64,000 nucleotides of DNA from Leucoraja ocellata (lineage: Eukaryota). The DNA is taken from positions 1,178,001-1,242,000 of the forward strand of contig JAWMAR010000481.1 of NCBI GenBank assembly GCA_036785375.1. Direction: 5' to 3'. This document shows, piece after piece, positions 62,913 through 64,000 of this stretch. Below the pieces are notes generated by a model. It was not told the DNA's origin. It did not search any database and worked only from the letters and a program-made list of their open reading frames with translations. A program made the position numbers and the translations under genes. Numbering within the stretch: position 1 is the first letter of the stretch; every line of letters starts with the position of its first letter.

Positions 62913-64000
62913 GGTGCAATAGTAATTTAAAAAAAAAACAAATATATAAATAAGTGGTATCAGGACCTGGTAACGGGAGGTAAAACAACAAAAACAGACT
63001 TGGTTGGTAGTCCCCTTTCTGCGGAGTTTAATGTTATAATAGAGCGATTGTTTCTATTTACTCTTTCTTTCTTTTCTAGGGTCTATTTTCTCAATTTACT
63101 TCCTTCTCTAACTTCTTTCCTAAGGAGCTTTCTTTTCCCAACACTCTTGCACTTCACGAATCTCTTACACTTTCTTTACTTTCCTTACTTCTACCTTTTT
63201 CTTAAAGCTCAAAAAAAAATGAAGCGGTACAAAAAATGTATTAAGATATATGTGTTGTGTAGGATTGTAATTTACCGTACTTCTAATAAAAAAAAAATAA
63301 ATAAAAAAAATAAAAAAAGAAGGACTCTGAGCAGAACTCTTGTGGTCATGTTGTGGCATTGCTGACATATACCTGAGAAGCACCTCCTTAAAGCCTCATC
63401 CCAAAGACAGCAGCTTTCATGAGGTGACATTGCTCACCACTGAGCCACACATGACATCTGTGTCCAACAAGGGGGATGGTTGTTTGAGGAGTCTCTGTCC
63501 TCAGTGGGTGTGCACGGATGATGTTGAATAAAAGAGACAACTCATCATTGGTAACTCTTCTATTCCAATGTTACAATTAAGCATCTGCCTGTCGGTGCTT
63601 AAAGTAAATCTGTCCTTGAATTTGCTGCTATGTGCTTTCAAGCTTCTTGTATCTTCTGGAGAGGGGAGTAGAGACAATGACTGGGATGTGAAGGTTCCTT
63701 GATGATGTTGGCTGCTTTCCTGAGGCAGCGTGAAGTGTCGATGGTGGAAGGTCTATGGTGGGGGATGCAATGCCTAATGTGTGGGCTGAGGGATGTTTGG
63801 TTTGGTTTAGTTTATTGTCACGTAGACTGAGGTACAGTGAAAATGCTTTTTGTTGCGTGCTAACCAGTCACAGAAAGACTATATAATTACAATCAAGCCA
63901 TCCACAGTCTACAGATACATGATAAATGGAAGAATGTTTTGTGCAAGGTAATGTCCGATTAAACATAGTGCGAGGGTCTCCAGTGCGGTAGATGATATCT

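Larger units (their letters stand above)
56198..63320 (+). mobile_element. Full-length L1-clade LINE
   Basis: 14-bp TSD AGGACTCTGAGCAG (56184-56197; 63321-63334), CpG-rich 5' UTR, ORF1, ORF2, AATAAA plus A-rich tail. Confidence 0.96.

Noticed and set aside
63335-64000. Search for IgW transmembrane exons
   Set aside because: No CART-like hydrophobic exon seen; mostly repeat fragments.

Overview
Eukaryotic, repeat-dense DNA from a cartilaginous fish; the Ig exons closely resemble skate (Rajidae) IgX/IgW as I remember it. The only host gene I can support is one + strand IgW (IgX) heavy-chain cluster at ~39.75-55.75 kb. Its parts are: TATA, leader, VH with a 23-RSS, a 12-RSS followed directly by a fused D-J, CH1, the Cys-rich short-form secretory tail, CH3, CH4, CH5, and CH6 with the long secretory tail and polyA signal. 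The cluster is atypical in four ways. (1) D and J are already joined in the genomic sequence, with an in-frame TGA just before J. (2) No CH2 exon is present, although all remaining exons are open and phase-compatible. (3) The J-CH1 intron holds a ~1 kb, strand-skewed, AGCT/AGCA-dense 20-bp tandem array reminiscent of a tetrapod switch region, in inverted polarity. (4) The short tail appears extended past its usual stop. The rest is mobile DNA: a ~3.95 kb unit tandemly repeated ~2.5 times, nested Penelope elements, a structurally complete but decayed DIRS, a MITE with TIRs and an 8-bp TSD, a Harbinger remnant, a full-length L1 with TSD interrupted by a young CR1, and many CR1, Rex/Babar-like and tRNA-SINE fragments. 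There are two assembly gaps (15260-15449, 36737-36913). No transmembrane exons were seen. All assignments are by eye, with no database searches.
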